A stretch of DNA of 64,000 nt from Candidatus Adlerbacteria bacterium (GCA_903819895.1 CAIJFH010000027.1:1675-65674); one strand, 5' to 3'; shown: positions 1 through 8,779, counted from the stretch's first letter. Program-made: numbers and translations. Notes: generated by a model not told the origin, from the sequence alone.

Positions 1-630
1 GTTGCTGCTCGACGCGCCCAGCACTTGGCCGGTTTTTTTGTTGTTCACCTGCTGTTTAGACCATGCGATGCCACTGTCGAGTATTTTTGCTGCGCCAACG
101 CGCGCCGAGTCGAGTGTCGAGAAGACGGGTTTGGAGGTGTTGGCGACGACGGGTGAAAAACTTGCGATGCTGTTTTGTATGTTCTGTGACGTGTCGACTG
201 CTCCGCCACCAAGCAGGTTGCCTGCGTTGGCTGCTGCTGCAGTGTTTTCAGTATTTTTTGCAGCTGGCTGCGGCTTGGTGTTGATGTCGAATGTTGCCTG
301 TTCTTGGCCTACCGAGGCGCCACTGCTGTCGGTCAACTCGGCGACGATGGTGTGCGACCCCGCAGTCGGCTCCCACGAGACAGACACCGTGCTTGCCTTG
401 CCAGCGGCCAGCGCGACCGGCACCGTGCCAACGGCCTTTCCTGCGTCAGTAAAGACAAGCGTGCCCGCAAATTTGTGCGCCGGGTCGTCGTTGGAGACAA
501 CGGTGTAGATGAGCACCGTGTCGCCCTCGGTCACGGTCGATTGGGAGAGAAAGAGCGACTGCTTGGCAAAGCCCGCGCCAAAGGCGATGCCTGGTAGCAG
601 CAACAAACCAACAATATAGAGAAAGCGCAT
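1..630 (-). CDS. Secreted CARDB-like (Ig-like beta-sandwich) domain protein, 5'-partial in window (start ATG at complement 628-630, gene runs off the window start)
   Basis: Reverse-complement translation from 630 gives MRFLYIVGLLLLPGIAFG (signal peptide), then TVTEGDTVLIYTVVSNDD...STVSVSWEPTAGSHTIVAELTD, a CARDB-like pattern. It is not in the ORF track because it has no in-window stop. The plus-strand ORF 2..508 is its shadow. Confidence 0.7.
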   Translation of the reverse strand, partial: MRFLYIVGLLLLPGIAFGAGFAKQSLFLSQSTVTEGDTVLIYTVVSNDDPAHKFAGTLVFTDAGKAVGTVPVALAAGKASTVSVSWEPTAGSHTIVAELTDSSGASVGQEQATFDINTKPQPAAKNTENTAAAANAGNLLGGGAVDTSQNIQNSIASFSPVVANTSKPVFSTLDSARVGAAKILDSGIAWSKQQVNNKKTGQVLGASSSN

Positions 631-815
631 ACCCGCAGTATACCTTTTTTTGCTGTGCTATACTCTTTTTATGCACAGATTTAGTCGCAATGCGCTGTTG
701 GTCGTGTTCGCGCTCGTGTTTACTATCGAAGGGTTTTTGATGACGGGGTTGGTGACGCGCCAAAGTGGGGAGCAATTTCTTGCGTCGGTTGTCTCTGCGT
801 TATAATATGAGCAGT

Positions 816-1298
816 ATGAGACCTATATCACTACAAACCGCTATCGCCATTGCTGCTGGGTTGGCAGTGGTGGCGTTATTTTTCTTTTTTCTGCGACCAG
901 CAACAACTGGCGAAACAACACAGGCAGGCGCTGCTCAAGCACAAGGAGGTGCACAGTTGATCGCACAGGATGAGGAGGTGGGCACCGGCGCGGTCGCAAC
1001 ATCCGGCAGTTTTGTCACCGTCAATTACACGGGCAAGCTGCAGGATGGCACCGTGTTCGACAGCACCACCGGGCGTGGGCCGTTCCAATTCCAACTGGGT
1101 GTCGGCAAAGTAATCCCTGGTTGGGACCAAGGTCTGCAGGGGATGAAAGTAGGTGGCCGCCGCTTGCTGATTATCCCACCGTCGCTTGCGTATGGATCAC
1201 AAGCGAATGGCCCGATCCCAGCCAACTCGACGCTTATTTTTGATGTGACGCTGCTGGGTGTCTCGGCAACCGCAGCGACCACAACCGCCACTCAGTAA
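816..1298 (+). CDS. FKBP-type peptidyl-prolyl cis-trans isomerase with N-terminal membrane anchor
   Basis: VTVNYTGKLQDGTVFDST...FQFQLGVGKVIPGWDQGLQGMKVGGRRLLIIPPSLAYG is a classic FKBP fold signature. The start is ambiguous (ATGs at 765, 807, 816). TATAAT at 801-806 directly abuts the ATG at 807, so 816 (MRPISLQ...) is preferred as a possible leaderless start. Confidence 0.85.
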   Translation: MRPISLQTAIAIAAGLAVVALFFFFLRPATTGETTQAGAAQAQGGAQLIAQDEEVGTGAVATSGSFVTVNYTGKLQDGTVFDSTTGRGPFQFQLGVGKVIPGWDQGLQGMKVGGRRLLIIPPSLAYGSQANGPIPANSTLIFDVTLLGVSATAATTTATQ

Positions 1299-2672
1299 AT
1301 GCGACCAATCCGGCTGGATATAGAAAAAGAGGCACCTCGCTCGGGCGGGGGCCTCGACGCGCGTGCAGGTGTGCTGCATACGCCACACGGTGACATCAAG
1401 ACGCCGGCGTTTGTTGGTGTTGCCACCAAGGCGACTATTAAAGGGGTGTCGTCGGCGCAGTTTGCCGAGCTGGGGCTGCAAACGGTCATCGCCAACACCT
1501 ATCATTTGTACCTCTCGCCCGGCGAGGAGATGGTGCAAAAGGCGGGCGGTGTCGCCACGTTTATGAATTGGAGCGGCCCCACCATGACCGACTCGGGCGG
1601 GTTTCAAGTGTTCTCACTTGGCACGGGGTTTGGTAAAAAGGTCTCGAAGTTTGGACAATCTTCAAAATCGGAAGAGGGGAAGGAGGAAGAAACGCAGCAG
1701 GAGAACGATCTTCTCCGGAGAGATGAATGGGAGCCCAACTCCTCCGAAGAGCGTTCTCCTGCTGCTGAGCGCAAAAATCATCCGCTGCCGACGCAATACG
1801 ACGAAGATCTTGCTACGTCACATGGCAAGCTTGCCATTGTCGATGACGACGGCGTGACCTTTACCTCGCACCTCGACGGCACGATGCATCGCTTTACGCC
1901 CGAGCGCTCGGTCGAGATCCAACACAAGTTGGGTGCCGATATCTTTTTTGCATTCGACGAGTGCACCGAGCCGACCGCAACCTACGAGTATCAAAAAGAG
2001 GCGATGGAGCGCACGCATCGTTGGGCCAAGCGCAGTGTCGCCGCACATCGACAAAATTTTGATGCCAACAATACGCAGGCAATCTACGGCATCGGCCAAG
2101 GCGGGCAGTTTGATGATTTGCGGCAGGAGAGCGCGCGTGCCATCGGCGACATGGGATTTGACGGCTTCGGGCTTGGTGGCTCGTTTAGTAAAAAGTATGG
2201 CGACAACTCGCTCCAGTCGGCGCTCAACATGCTCGAATTTTTGCCAAAAGAGATGCCCAAGCATGGGCTTGGGGTGGGCGAGCCGGAGGATTTGTTTTTG
2301 GGTGCTGCGTACGGCATCGACACGTTCGACTGCGTGATCCCGACACGCAATGGTCGCACGGGCACGATCTTTACCCACCAGGGCAATATTAATATCGAAA
2401 ACGCGCAGTACAAGCACGACCTTTCGTCGCTCGACCCCGAGTGCGACTGCGTGGTTTGCATGGGAAGTGTTGCAACTGGTGGTGTGGGGTTTACTAAATC
2501 GTACATCCATCACCTCTTCCGCACCAAAGAGATGCTGGCGCCGATGCTCGCGAGCCAGCACAACATCCGCTTCCTCACCCGTCTTATCGACCGCATCCGC
2601 GAGTCCATTCTTGATGGCAGGTTTGATGATTTTCGCGACTCTTTTTTGCGTCGGTATAAAAATAAACAGTAG
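1299..2672 (+). CDS. tgt: Queuine tRNA-ribosyltransferase (tRNA-guanine transglycosylase) with an ~80 aa acidic low-complexity insertion
   Basis: LHTPHGDIKTPAFVGVATKATIKG, TDSGGFQVFSLG and the zinc motif CDCVVC...HHL are present. The start codon follows the FKBP stop directly. The insertion GFGKKVSKFGQSSKSEEGKEEETQQEND...ERKNHPLPTQYDEDL interrupts the canonical fold. Confidence 0.9.
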   Translation: MRPIRLDIEKEAPRSGGGLDARAGVLHTPHGDIKTPAFVGVATKATIKGVSSAQFAELGLQTVIANTYHLYLSPGEEMVQKAGGVATFMNWSGPTMTDSGGFQVFSLGTGFGKKVSKFGQSSKSEEGKEEETQQENDLLRRDEWEPNSSEERSPAAERKNHPLPTQYDEDLATSHGKLAIVDDDGVTFTSHLDGTMHRFTPERSVEIQHKLGADIFFAFDECTEPTATYEYQKEAMERTHRWAKRSVAAHRQNFDANNTQAIYGIGQGGQFDDLRQESARAIGDMGFDGFGLGGSFSKKYGDNSLQSALNMLEFLPKEMPKHGLGVGEPEDLFLGAAYGIDTFDCVIPTRNGRTGTIFTHQGNINIENAQYKHDLSSLDPECDCVVCMGSVATGGVGFTKSYIHHLFRTKEMLAPMLASQHNIRFLTRLIDRIRESILDGRFDDFRDSFLRRYKNKQ

Positions 2673-2678
2673 CGAGAA

Positions 2679-3860
2679 CTACGGCAAAAACTTTTTAAAC
2701 CAGCGGAAGAAGTTTTTGAGGAGTTCTTTCAACTCGCTTTGGTGTGTCGGCTCGCCCATATCGCCACCTTGGGTGATGCCCCAAATGGTGAGCCCATAGG
2801 CGACTGCCCACGTGCCGTCTTTAAGCTGCACCTTGCTCCCTGCGCCATCCTCAAACGAGGCGAGCCGCGATGGGAGATGCAAAATGGTTTTGGCGAGGTC
2901 GGATGCGGTTTGGATCGCCGAGCCGCCGCCGGTGAGGATGATACCCGCGGGGAGCAGCTCATTTTTGCCGATCTTTTTTAAATGTGCCTCGATGAGTTTA
3001 AACATATCCGACACGCGCTTGGCGATGAGGTCGTCGATTTTCTTTTTGGGGAATGGTGCGCCCAGGACAGCGCCCTGCTTGAGTTGCTCGGCGTCCTCGG
3101 GTGCAATGCGCAAACCAAGTGCCAAGTCATTGGTGATATCGGACGCGCCGACCGGGAACACTTTGATAGAGATGGGTGTGGTGTCCTCAAACACCGCGAT
3201 CGACAATGTTTCGGCGCCGATGTTGGCGAGCACGCAGCCGACGCGTTTTTGCATCTTCGACAGTGTGACAAAGCTCGCGGCGATGGGTGCGGCGACGACG
3301 TCCTCGACCTCAAACCCGGCCTCCTCGACTGCCGAGACCAAATCGTTGACGTGCCGCTCGAGGCAGGTGATAAACAGTGTCTCGACCGCGATGCGCACAC
3401 CTTTCATCCCGATGGGGCTGCCGCCCATGACGCGTTGTCCATCGACCGCGTAGCGCAGAGGGATGGTGTGGATGATTTTTCGATTGAGAATGAGTGCTGG
3501 TGCGAGCGCCTTCTCGCTGGCGGCGATGGCGTGGGGGATGTCACGCTCGGTGATCTCGGCATTGCCTTTCTCGACAATCGACTCGCCGCGGCCAAACGCC
3601 TCGTCGAGCCCGATGCCGCCAAGCCCCAAGTAGACGCGCTTTACTTTGACATGTGCGGCTTTGGACGCTTGTGCCACCGCGGCCGCGACGGAGCGTGACA
3701 CCTCGGGGATCGAGGTGATGTAACCATTTTTAAGCCCGCGCGACTCGGCGTATCCGGTCGCCAAAATACGCGGCAGTTGCCGCGGATCTGCTGCTTGCTC
3801 GGCGATGACCACTTTGACATGGTAGGTGCCGACATCTATGCCAGTGACGATGGTGCTCAT
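2679..3860 (-). CDS. ftsA: Cell division protein FtsA (actin-like ATPase)
   Basis: The N-terminus MSTIVTGIDVGTYHVKVVIAE and the motifs GAETLSIAVFED and ILTGGGSAI are actin/FtsA signatures. The C-terminus has an amphipathic tail (KNFFRWFKKFLP). No ftsZ is adjacent. Confidence 0.9.
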   Translation of the reverse strand: MSTIVTGIDVGTYHVKVVIAEQAADPRQLPRILATGYAESRGLKNGYITSIPEVSRSVAAAVAQASKAAHVKVKRVYLGLGGIGLDEAFGRGESIVEKGNAEITERDIPHAIAASEKALAPALILNRKIIHTIPLRYAVDGQRVMGGSPIGMKGVRIAVETLFITCLERHVNDLVSAVEEAGFEVEDVVAAPIAASFVTLSKMQKRVGCVLANIGAETLSIAVFEDTTPISIKVFPVGASDITNDLALGLRIAPEDAEQLKQGAVLGAPFPKKKIDDLIAKRVSDMFKLIEAHLKKIGKNELLPAGIILTGGGSAIQTASDLAKTILHLPSRLASFEDGAGSKVQLKDGTWAVAYGLTIWGITQGGDMGEPTHQSELKELLKNFFRWFKKFLP

Positions 3861-4252
3861 TACGCGCGGAGCGCGAATTGTTTTAAGATTCGACGCTCTT
3901 CACGTTCCATTGTATCACCATGATCCAATCCTCGTAAGTGCAGTAATCCGTGGATAAATAAATACGCGATGAAGATGCGCGGCGTCATCGAAAATTCTTT
4001 GCACTCGCGTCGTGCAGTCGCCGGGCAGAGCAAGATCTCGCCCGATGTTTCGCTGAGGGGGAAGGAAAGTACGTTGGATGCTTTGTCTTTATGTTTTACT
4101 TCTTGTGTCACACGCGTCGCCTCGGCTGCGGTGAGCAGCGCCAGCGACAGCTCGTACTCCTCGCCGAGCACGGCGTTTTTGAGTGCTAAAAACGGAACTC
4201 GCGGCACGGCGCCGCGGGTCTTGTTGGTGAGAGAAAAATTCTTGGTGCTCAT
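3860..4252 (-). CDS. ybeY: Endoribonuclease YbeY (rRNA maturation factor)
   Basis: HGLLHLRGLDHGDTMEREERRIL matches the HGxLHLxGxDH zinc motif. The start is chosen at ATG 4250-4252 (MSTKNFSL) to avoid overlapping rpsU. The longer ORF extends to 4336. The stop overlaps the ftsA start (ATGA). Confidence 0.8.
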   Translation of the reverse strand: MSTKNFSLTNKTRGAVPRVPFLALKNAVLGEEYELSLALLTAAEATRVTQEVKHKDKASNVLSFPLSETSGEILLCPATARRECKEFSMTPRIFIAYLFIHGLLHLRGLDHGDTMEREERRILKQFALRA

Positions 4253-4268
4253 GTGAGCAAAGAGATGC

Positions 4269-4523
4269 CTAGCGGCGGCGAGGGCCACGGGTGGTGCGCT
4301 CCTCCATTTTGCCGAGTTTGATCTGCTCTTGGACATCCTCGCGGCGCTTGATGACCTTGAGTGTCTGCTTGCGACGGACTTCGCGCGACTTGATGCGCGA
4401 GTAGTAGCGGCGGCTGCGCATACCTTGGATCAACCCCGAGCCCTGGACGCGCTTGCTAAAACGGCGGATCAAATTGACCGCCGACTCGCCCTCGTTTTTC
4501 GATACTTCTGCATTGGTAGCCAT
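4269..4523 (-). CDS. rpsU: 30S ribosomal protein S21
   Basis: The basic small protein ...AVNLIRRFSKRVQGSGLIQGMRSRRYYSRIKSREVRRKQ aligns with the S21 pattern (ALRRFKR..AGVL.E.RRR.FYEKP). The ATG at 4521-4523 (MATNAEV) is preferred over the upstream GTG. Confidence 0.8.
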   Translation of the reverse strand: MATNAEVSKNEGESAVNLIRRFSKRVQGSGLIQGMRSRRYYSRIKSREVRRKQTLKVIKRREDVQEQIKLGKMEERTTRGPRRR

Positions 4524-4590
4524 GTAAAAAGATACTACCACACCGCACTATTGCGTGCAACCAACTACATAGGACGGACCTATGTAGTGG

Positions 4591-5742
4591 TTACCGCAGT
4601 GTCTTAAGGAGGCGGGGGAGGGCGTCGATGCGGAGGGTAGTTTGGGACGAGTTGGTGGTCGAACGCAGGATGATGGTGCCATCGAGCGCCTCGCGCTGGC
4701 CCATGATGAGCAGGTGCGACACACCCATCTGCCGCGCGTTGGCGAGCTGTGGCGCTAAACTTTTTGCATCAAACGACTGCGACATTGGCACCTGCGCTTG
4801 GCGCAGCATGTCGACGACCGCGAGCCCTTGGAGTTTGGCGCGCAGCCCCAATTGGACAAAGTAGACCTTGGGCACCGCTGGTTGGGGCGGGGTGGCATAG
4901 CTCGTGCGGTCGGCACCTTTTTTGCGAAAGAAGATGCTCGCCGACACTGCGGCGGTATCTTTTTTGTTGAGCGTGCGACGCAAGTACTCGTCGTAGCGGC
5001 CGCCAACGCTGCTCATGATGGTGCCGTCCCCTTCGGGCAGGTCGATTGCAAACAGGATGCGCGGCTCGCGCTCGTCACCCACCAGCAAATCATCCAGCTC
5101 GTAGGGGAAGCCGAGTCCTTCGATATGCTCGAGCACCTCGCGAAAGTGCGCGCGGCTTTTCTCGGAGAGAAAGTTCATCGCGCGTGGGCCGCCCTCGAGC
5201 ACCTCGCGGCACACATCGTTGGTGCAGGTGTATGTGGCGCAGGGCGCTTGGCCGATGCGGGCGCGACAGGCGTCGTCGAGCTCGTGCGCATGGCGGCGCA
5301 GGTAGGCGGTCAACTCGCGCTCAAAGCGTGCCTTGGAGTCGCGGTCGCCCAGCGCGTTGATCCGGATGCGCGGCGCTTTGACGCCCCACTCGGTGAGGAT
5401 CGCAAACAATGTTTTGATGATAATCACCTCGCCGATGCTCTCGGGCGAGCCGATTACCTGCAGGCCAAACTCGGCTATCTCGCGTGGCAGGTGGGCAGGT
5501 GGCAGGTGGGTTGGCGATGGTGTCGCATAAAACGCGAGCACCGGCTCGCCTGCGCGTGCTTGCATCAGCGCTGCGCAGGTTTGCGCGGCGGTAGCAAAGG
5601 TGTGCGGCCCGCGCGGGCGCAGTGTTGCAGGGATGCCACGCTCGATCTCTTTAATGGGGCGAAATCCGTAGAACGTCGCCACATCGCCGGCACGTCGAAT
5701 AAAGGTGATGGGTGAACCTTGGGTGATTGGACTCATAGTCAC
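4591..5742 (-). CDS. hisS: Histidyl-tRNA synthetase-like class II aaRS protein (HisRS or HisZ-like paralog) with anticodon-binding domain and possibly degenerate motif 2
   Basis: GGRYDEYL (HisRS motif 3 GGRYD) is present. The central region is collinear with E. coli HisRS (FERELTAYLRRHAHELDDACRARI..., NFLSEKSRAHFREVLEHIEGLGFPYELDDLLVGDEREPRILFAIDL). The C-terminus VYFVQLG...LLIMGQREALDGTIILRS is a class II anticodon-binding fold. The motif-2 arginines are not evident (PSPTHLPPAHLPREIAEFGLQV). Confidence 0.65.
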   Translation of the reverse strand: MTMSPITQGSPITFIRRAGDVATFYGFRPIKEIERGIPATLRPRGPHTFATAAQTCAALMQARAGEPVLAFYATPSPTHLPPAHLPREIAEFGLQVIGSPESIGEVIIIKTLFAILTEWGVKAPRIRINALGDRDSKARFERELTAYLRRHAHELDDACRARIGQAPCATYTCTNDVCREVLEGGPRAMNFLSEKSRAHFREVLEHIEGLGFPYELDDLLVGDEREPRILFAIDLPEGDGTIMSSVGGRYDEYLRRTLNKKDTAAVSASIFFRKKGADRTSYATPPQPAVPKVYFVQLGLRAKLQGLAVVDMLRQAQVPMSQSFDAKSLAPQLANARQMGVSHLLIMGQREALDGTIILRSTTNSSQTTLRIDALPRLLKTLR

Positions 5743-5750
5743 GCTAATGA

Positions 5751-6311
5751 TTATTGCGGCTCGGACGCACTACCAGGGAAGATGCCGATCGATTGTGGGG
5801 GAAGCAGGCGGAGGAAGACGTGTCCGACAATGTCGCCTTGCGGCAAAAATCCCCAAATGCGCGAGTCGGACGACTCGGGTCGGTTGTCGCCCATGACAAA
5901 GTAGTTGCCTGCGGGGACGACGTAGGTTTGGTTGCCGCCGTTGCCGTGGTTGACGACGTACTGTTCGTTAACGGTAACTGTTGATGTGCCGTCTGTGTGC
6001 GTGACGGTCACGCCAGTGTCGGTGATGTGCACGGTCTCGCCAGGGAGCCCAATGATGCGCTTGATAAAAAATTGTGATGGATCTTTGGGGTAGCGAAAGA
6101 CGATGACATCGCCGCGTCTTGGCTGCTCAAAATGGTACGAGAGCTCGTCGACAATGAGGTATTGGTCGTTTTGAAAGGTGGGAACCATCGACTCGCCCGA
6201 GACGATAAACGGTTGCGCAACAAAAAGACGCACCGGAACCACAATCACCAATGCGATGATTGCAAATTTGAGGAGTTCGGTGAAAAAGGTATCACGTTTC
6301 TCCTCTTGCAT
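5751..6311 (-). CDS. lepB: Signal peptidase I
   Basis: A TM anchor is followed by FIVSGESMVPTF (catalytic Ser box), RGDVIVFRYPKD, GLPGE and YFVMGDNRPESSDSR. The start is taken at ATG 6309-6311 (MQEEKRD). The longer ORF extends to 6395. Confidence 0.88.
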   Translation of the reverse strand: MQEEKRDTFFTELLKFAIIALVIVVPVRLFVAQPFIVSGESMVPTFQNDQYLIVDELSYHFEQPRRGDVIVFRYPKDPSQFFIKRIIGLPGETVHITDTGVTVTHTDGTSTVTVNEQYVVNHGNGGNQTYVVPAGNYFVMGDNRPESSDSRIWGFLPQGDIVGHVFLRLLPPQSIGIFPGSASEPQ

Positions 6312-6389
6312 GTGCACATTGTATACTGCTAATACAATCGCGCAAGTCGAGACGCTACACATCGTATAAAAAAGGAGTATGCTGAGTAT

Positions 6390-6983
6390 ATGCAATGGAT
6401 TTTAGTCGGCTTAGGCAACCCAGGGAGCGAGTATGTCGGCACGCGGCACAATGTCGGGCGCGAGATGTTGCAACACATCGTGCACGAGGCGGGCATTGGC
6501 GAGTGGAAGGTGGATAAAAAACTCCATGCGCAAGCGACCAAGGGCGAGATTGATGGCAAAAAAGTGCTCGTCGTGCTGCCCGATACCTACATGAACAGCT
6601 CTGGCGGCTCGCTCAAGACGCTTGTGCTGTCCAAAAAGCAGGCCGAGCAGACGGTCGTCTTGCACGACGACCTCGATATCCCGCTCGGCAAAATCAAACT
6701 CTCGTTTGGTAGTGGTGCCGGCGGGCACAAAGGTGTTGAGTCAATTCACAAAGTGATTAAGACAAAAGATGTGGTGCGCATCCGCATCGGCATATCTCCC
6801 GCAACACCAAAGGGGAAGTTGAAGAAGCCCGACAGCGCGGACATTGTCGACTTTGTGCTCGGGACGTTTAAACCCAGCGAGCGCGCAAAGTTGGAGACCG
6901 CAAAAAAGAATATCCACGACGCAATCACCCTGCTCCTTAGTGAGGGCAGGGCGAAGGCGATGACCGAAATCAATTCGCGATAA
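6390..6983 (+). CDS. pth: Peptidyl-tRNA hydrolase
   Basis: MQWILVGLGNPGSEYVGTRHNVG is a canonical Pth N-terminus. The RBS aaggag lies upstream. Confidence 0.92.
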   Translation: MQWILVGLGNPGSEYVGTRHNVGREMLQHIVHEAGIGEWKVDKKLHAQATKGEIDGKKVLVVLPDTYMNSSGGSLKTLVLSKKQAEQTVVLHDDLDIPLGKIKLSFGSGAGGHKGVESIHKVIKTKDVVRIRIGISPATPKGKLKKPDSADIVDFVLGTFKPSERAKLETAKKNIHDAITLLLSEGRAKAMTEINSR

Positions 6984-6987
6984 TTTT

Positions 6988-8079
6988 TTACTTCTTCTCT
7001 CCGGTGAAGGCGAGTGCCATGCGCATCTCTTTGGGGTCAAAGAGCGAGATGGTGAATGGGTAGCGCTTGCCGAGCTCGAGTGCGGCGCTGAGTTTCTCCT
7101 CGCTGCCAAACTCCGACACGTGCACCAAGCCAGCAATGCCCTCCTCTATAGACGCGAGCGCGCCGTGCTTGTTGAACTTGATGACCACGCCCTCGACCTT
7201 GTCGCCCTTGTTGTATTTCTTTGCGGCTTCGCTCCACGGGTTGCTCTTGAGCGCCTTGACCGACAGCGACACTTTGCCATCTTTGATGTCGATAATCTTG
7301 ACCTGCGTCTTGTCGCCAACTTTAAAGAAGTGGCGCGGGTCGTCCACCAAGCCCCAGTCGATCTCCGAGATATGCACCAAGCCCTCGAGGCCTTCCTGCA
7401 GTTTAACAAAGACGCCAAAGTCGACCATGCCGGTCACCTCGCCGTCGACGACGTCGCCAACCTGGTAGTTTTGCACGATCTGCTTCTTCTCTTTATCATC
7501 CGAGCCCTTCTCCGAGAAGATAAGCTTGCCCTCCTTCGGCGTTGCCGAGATGAGCATCACCGGCAACTTTTGCCCGACAAACTTGCGCAGCTCATCGAGG
7601 ATGCGATCCTTATCGCCGTCGGACACGCGCGGGTAGTGCTCGGCTTTGAGCTGCGACGCAGGAAGGAAGCCGACGATACCCTGCCACTCGAGCATGAGCC
7701 CGCCCTTGTTTGCCTCCTTGACCACCAACTCGAAGAGCTGCTTGTTTTTGACCGCGTCCTCGGCCTCGGCCCAGAGCACCGCTTGACGTGCCTCCTTGAG
7801 CGAGAGCTCGATGTAGCCGTCTTTGGTGTCGGTCGCGATGACCTTTGCCTGCACCGTGTCGCCGACGTTGGTGCGCTTAATCACCTCGCGGGCGTTCATG
7901 TACTCGCGGCCATAAATAACGCCCGTACCAAACGGCGGCAGGTCGATGTACAACTTCGCGCGGTCCAGAGCCAAGACCTTGCCCTCGATAATGTCACCCG
8001 CTTTGGGTGGCATCGGTGCCTGCTCCGCAAACGCGGTCATGAGACGCACAACACCATCCTTCTCGATTGTTTCTGTCAT
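6988..8079 (-). CDS. rpsA: 30S ribosomal protein S1 (short 4-domain form)
   Basis: Repeated S1 domains are present (GDIIEGKV..., GDVVDGEVTGMVDFGVFVKL, GDKVEGVVIKFNKHGALASI). A TTGCTA-17-TATAGT promoter and a structured leader lie upstream on the minus strand. Confidence 0.9.
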   Translation of the reverse strand: MTETIEKDGVVRLMTAFAEQAPMPPKAGDIIEGKVLALDRAKLYIDLPPFGTGVIYGREYMNAREVIKRTNVGDTVQAKVIATDTKDGYIELSLKEARQAVLWAEAEDAVKNKQLFELVVKEANKGGLMLEWQGIVGFLPASQLKAEHYPRVSDGDKDRILDELRKFVGQKLPVMLISATPKEGKLIFSEKGSDDKEKKQIVQNYQVGDVVDGEVTGMVDFGVFVKLQEGLEGLVHISEIDWGLVDDPRHFFKVGDKTQVKIIDIKDGKVSLSVKALKSNPWSEAAKKYNKGDKVEGVVIKFNKHGALASIEEGIAGLVHVSEFGSEEKLSAALELGKRYPFTISLFDPKEMRMALAFTGEKK

Positions 8080-8226
8080 ATAATCTATTGATTTGTACGA
8101 TAGGGGCTCTTTGGCTCGCCCCGAGCGACTCCTAGGAGTCGAAGGGCTGTTCCGCAGAGTTTACTCCTACGCGATTTCTCTAATAATTACCCGCCCACCG
8201 AAAGAGCGACGGGATAATTGCTCGAA

Positions 8227-8255
8227 ACTATAGGGGATTTGCTGAAAAATAGCAA
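8227..8255 (-). promoter_or_regulatory. Sigma70-like promoter for rpsA (TTGCTA-17nt-TATAGT on minus strand)
   Basis: The minus-strand sequence TTGCTATTTTTCAGCAAATCCCCTATAGT has correct -35/-10 spacing and sits about 150 nt upstream of the rpsA ATG. Confidence 0.5.
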
Positions 8256-8257
8256 GT

Positions 8258-8300
8258 ATAAAAAGCAAAACCACCCGAAAGCATGGGTAGCTTTGGGTGG
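8258..8300 (-). terminator. Rho-independent terminator (minus strand) downstream of small ORF 8386-8559
   Basis: The minus-strand hairpin CCACCCAAAGC...GCTTTCGGGTGG is followed by TTTTGCTTTTTAT. Confidence 0.55.
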
Positions 8301-8385
8301 GAGTGGGGGAGCCGAAGCTCCCCCGTAGACGGTTGATGGAGCTTGATTTGGTCGGGAAATCCCGACCCTTCGTCGTTGACTGCCG

Positions 8386-8559
8386 TTACGCGCTGCCGCC
8401 CTGGTGCGCCTCGGCGGTGATCTGGCCGGCCTGGGTGATGTGGCCGACGCCGTCCGACGAGTGGTGCTGCGCCGCATCGAGGGGCGGGGCGGTCTGACTG
8501 GCGACGGTGGCGGGCGGAGCAACGGCCGTCGGGCGCGGAATCGAATGGCATCCGGGCAT
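8386..8559 (-). CDS. Candidate small protein (57 aa, Pro/Ala/His-rich) with strong Shine-Dalgarno, own promoter and terminator; function unknown
   Basis: On the minus strand AAAGGAGGA is followed by a 7-nt spacer and then ATG. The product is MPGCHSIPRPTAVAPPATVASQTAPPLDAAQHHSSDGVGHITQAGQITAEAHQGGSA. The region is locally about 70% GC. The call is ab initio only. Confidence 0.3.
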   Translation of the reverse strand: MPGCHSIPRPTAVAPPATVASQTAPPLDAAQHHSSDGVGHITQAGQITAEAHQGGSA

Positions 8560-8666
8560 TGGAAGTCCTCCTTTGTTTCCCCGCGGCATTATGCCGACAG
8601 GGTCGAAGCCGCTCAAGAGTCAGCGAATCTTGTCCGGACAGTGTTTCGCACAAGAACGGCTACCAG

Positions 8667-8699
8667 CAAATCTATAAAATCTCCGTTTTGCTGTCAACT
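8667..8699 (-). promoter_or_regulatory. Candidate promoter (perfect -35 TTGACA, 16-17 nt spacer, TATAGA/TAGATT -10) on minus strand
   Basis: The minus-strand sequence GTTGACAGCAAAACGGAGATTTTATAGATTTGC lies about 115 nt upstream of the small ORF ATG. Confidence 0.4.
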
Positions 8700-8731
8700 A
8701 CTCAAAACGCGGGAGGTGTGGATAGGGTGAA

Positions 8732-8779
8732 GATAAAAAGAGAGTGCGGGCGAGATTCCTGTAAGGAATTCCCGCCCGC
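8732..8779 (-). terminator. Rho-independent terminator (minus strand) ending an upstream ORF-free transcript
   Basis: The minus-strand hairpin GCGGGCGGGAATTCCTTACAGGAATCTCGCCCGC is followed by ACTCTCTTTTTATC. Confidence 0.55.

Noticed and set aside
2-508. Plus-strand ORF (168 aa) at window start
   Set aside because: It is the antisense shadow of the minus-strand secreted CARDB-like protein gene, whose translation (signal peptide plus beta-sandwich pattern) is far more protein-like.
7120-8091. Long antisense ORFs opposite rpsA (7120-8091 +), atpD (23948-25279 -), atpA (22107-23090 -), gyrA (11527-12384 -), leuS/sigma-r4 (51905-53266 -), GH5 genes (36162-37217 -, 40737-41714 -), hisS-like (4798-5715 +) and mltG (55023-56063 -)
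   Set aside because: These are GC-rich shadow ORFs. The opposite strand in each case carries unmistakable conserved motifs. The antisense translations are Arg/Ala/His-rich junk without motifs.
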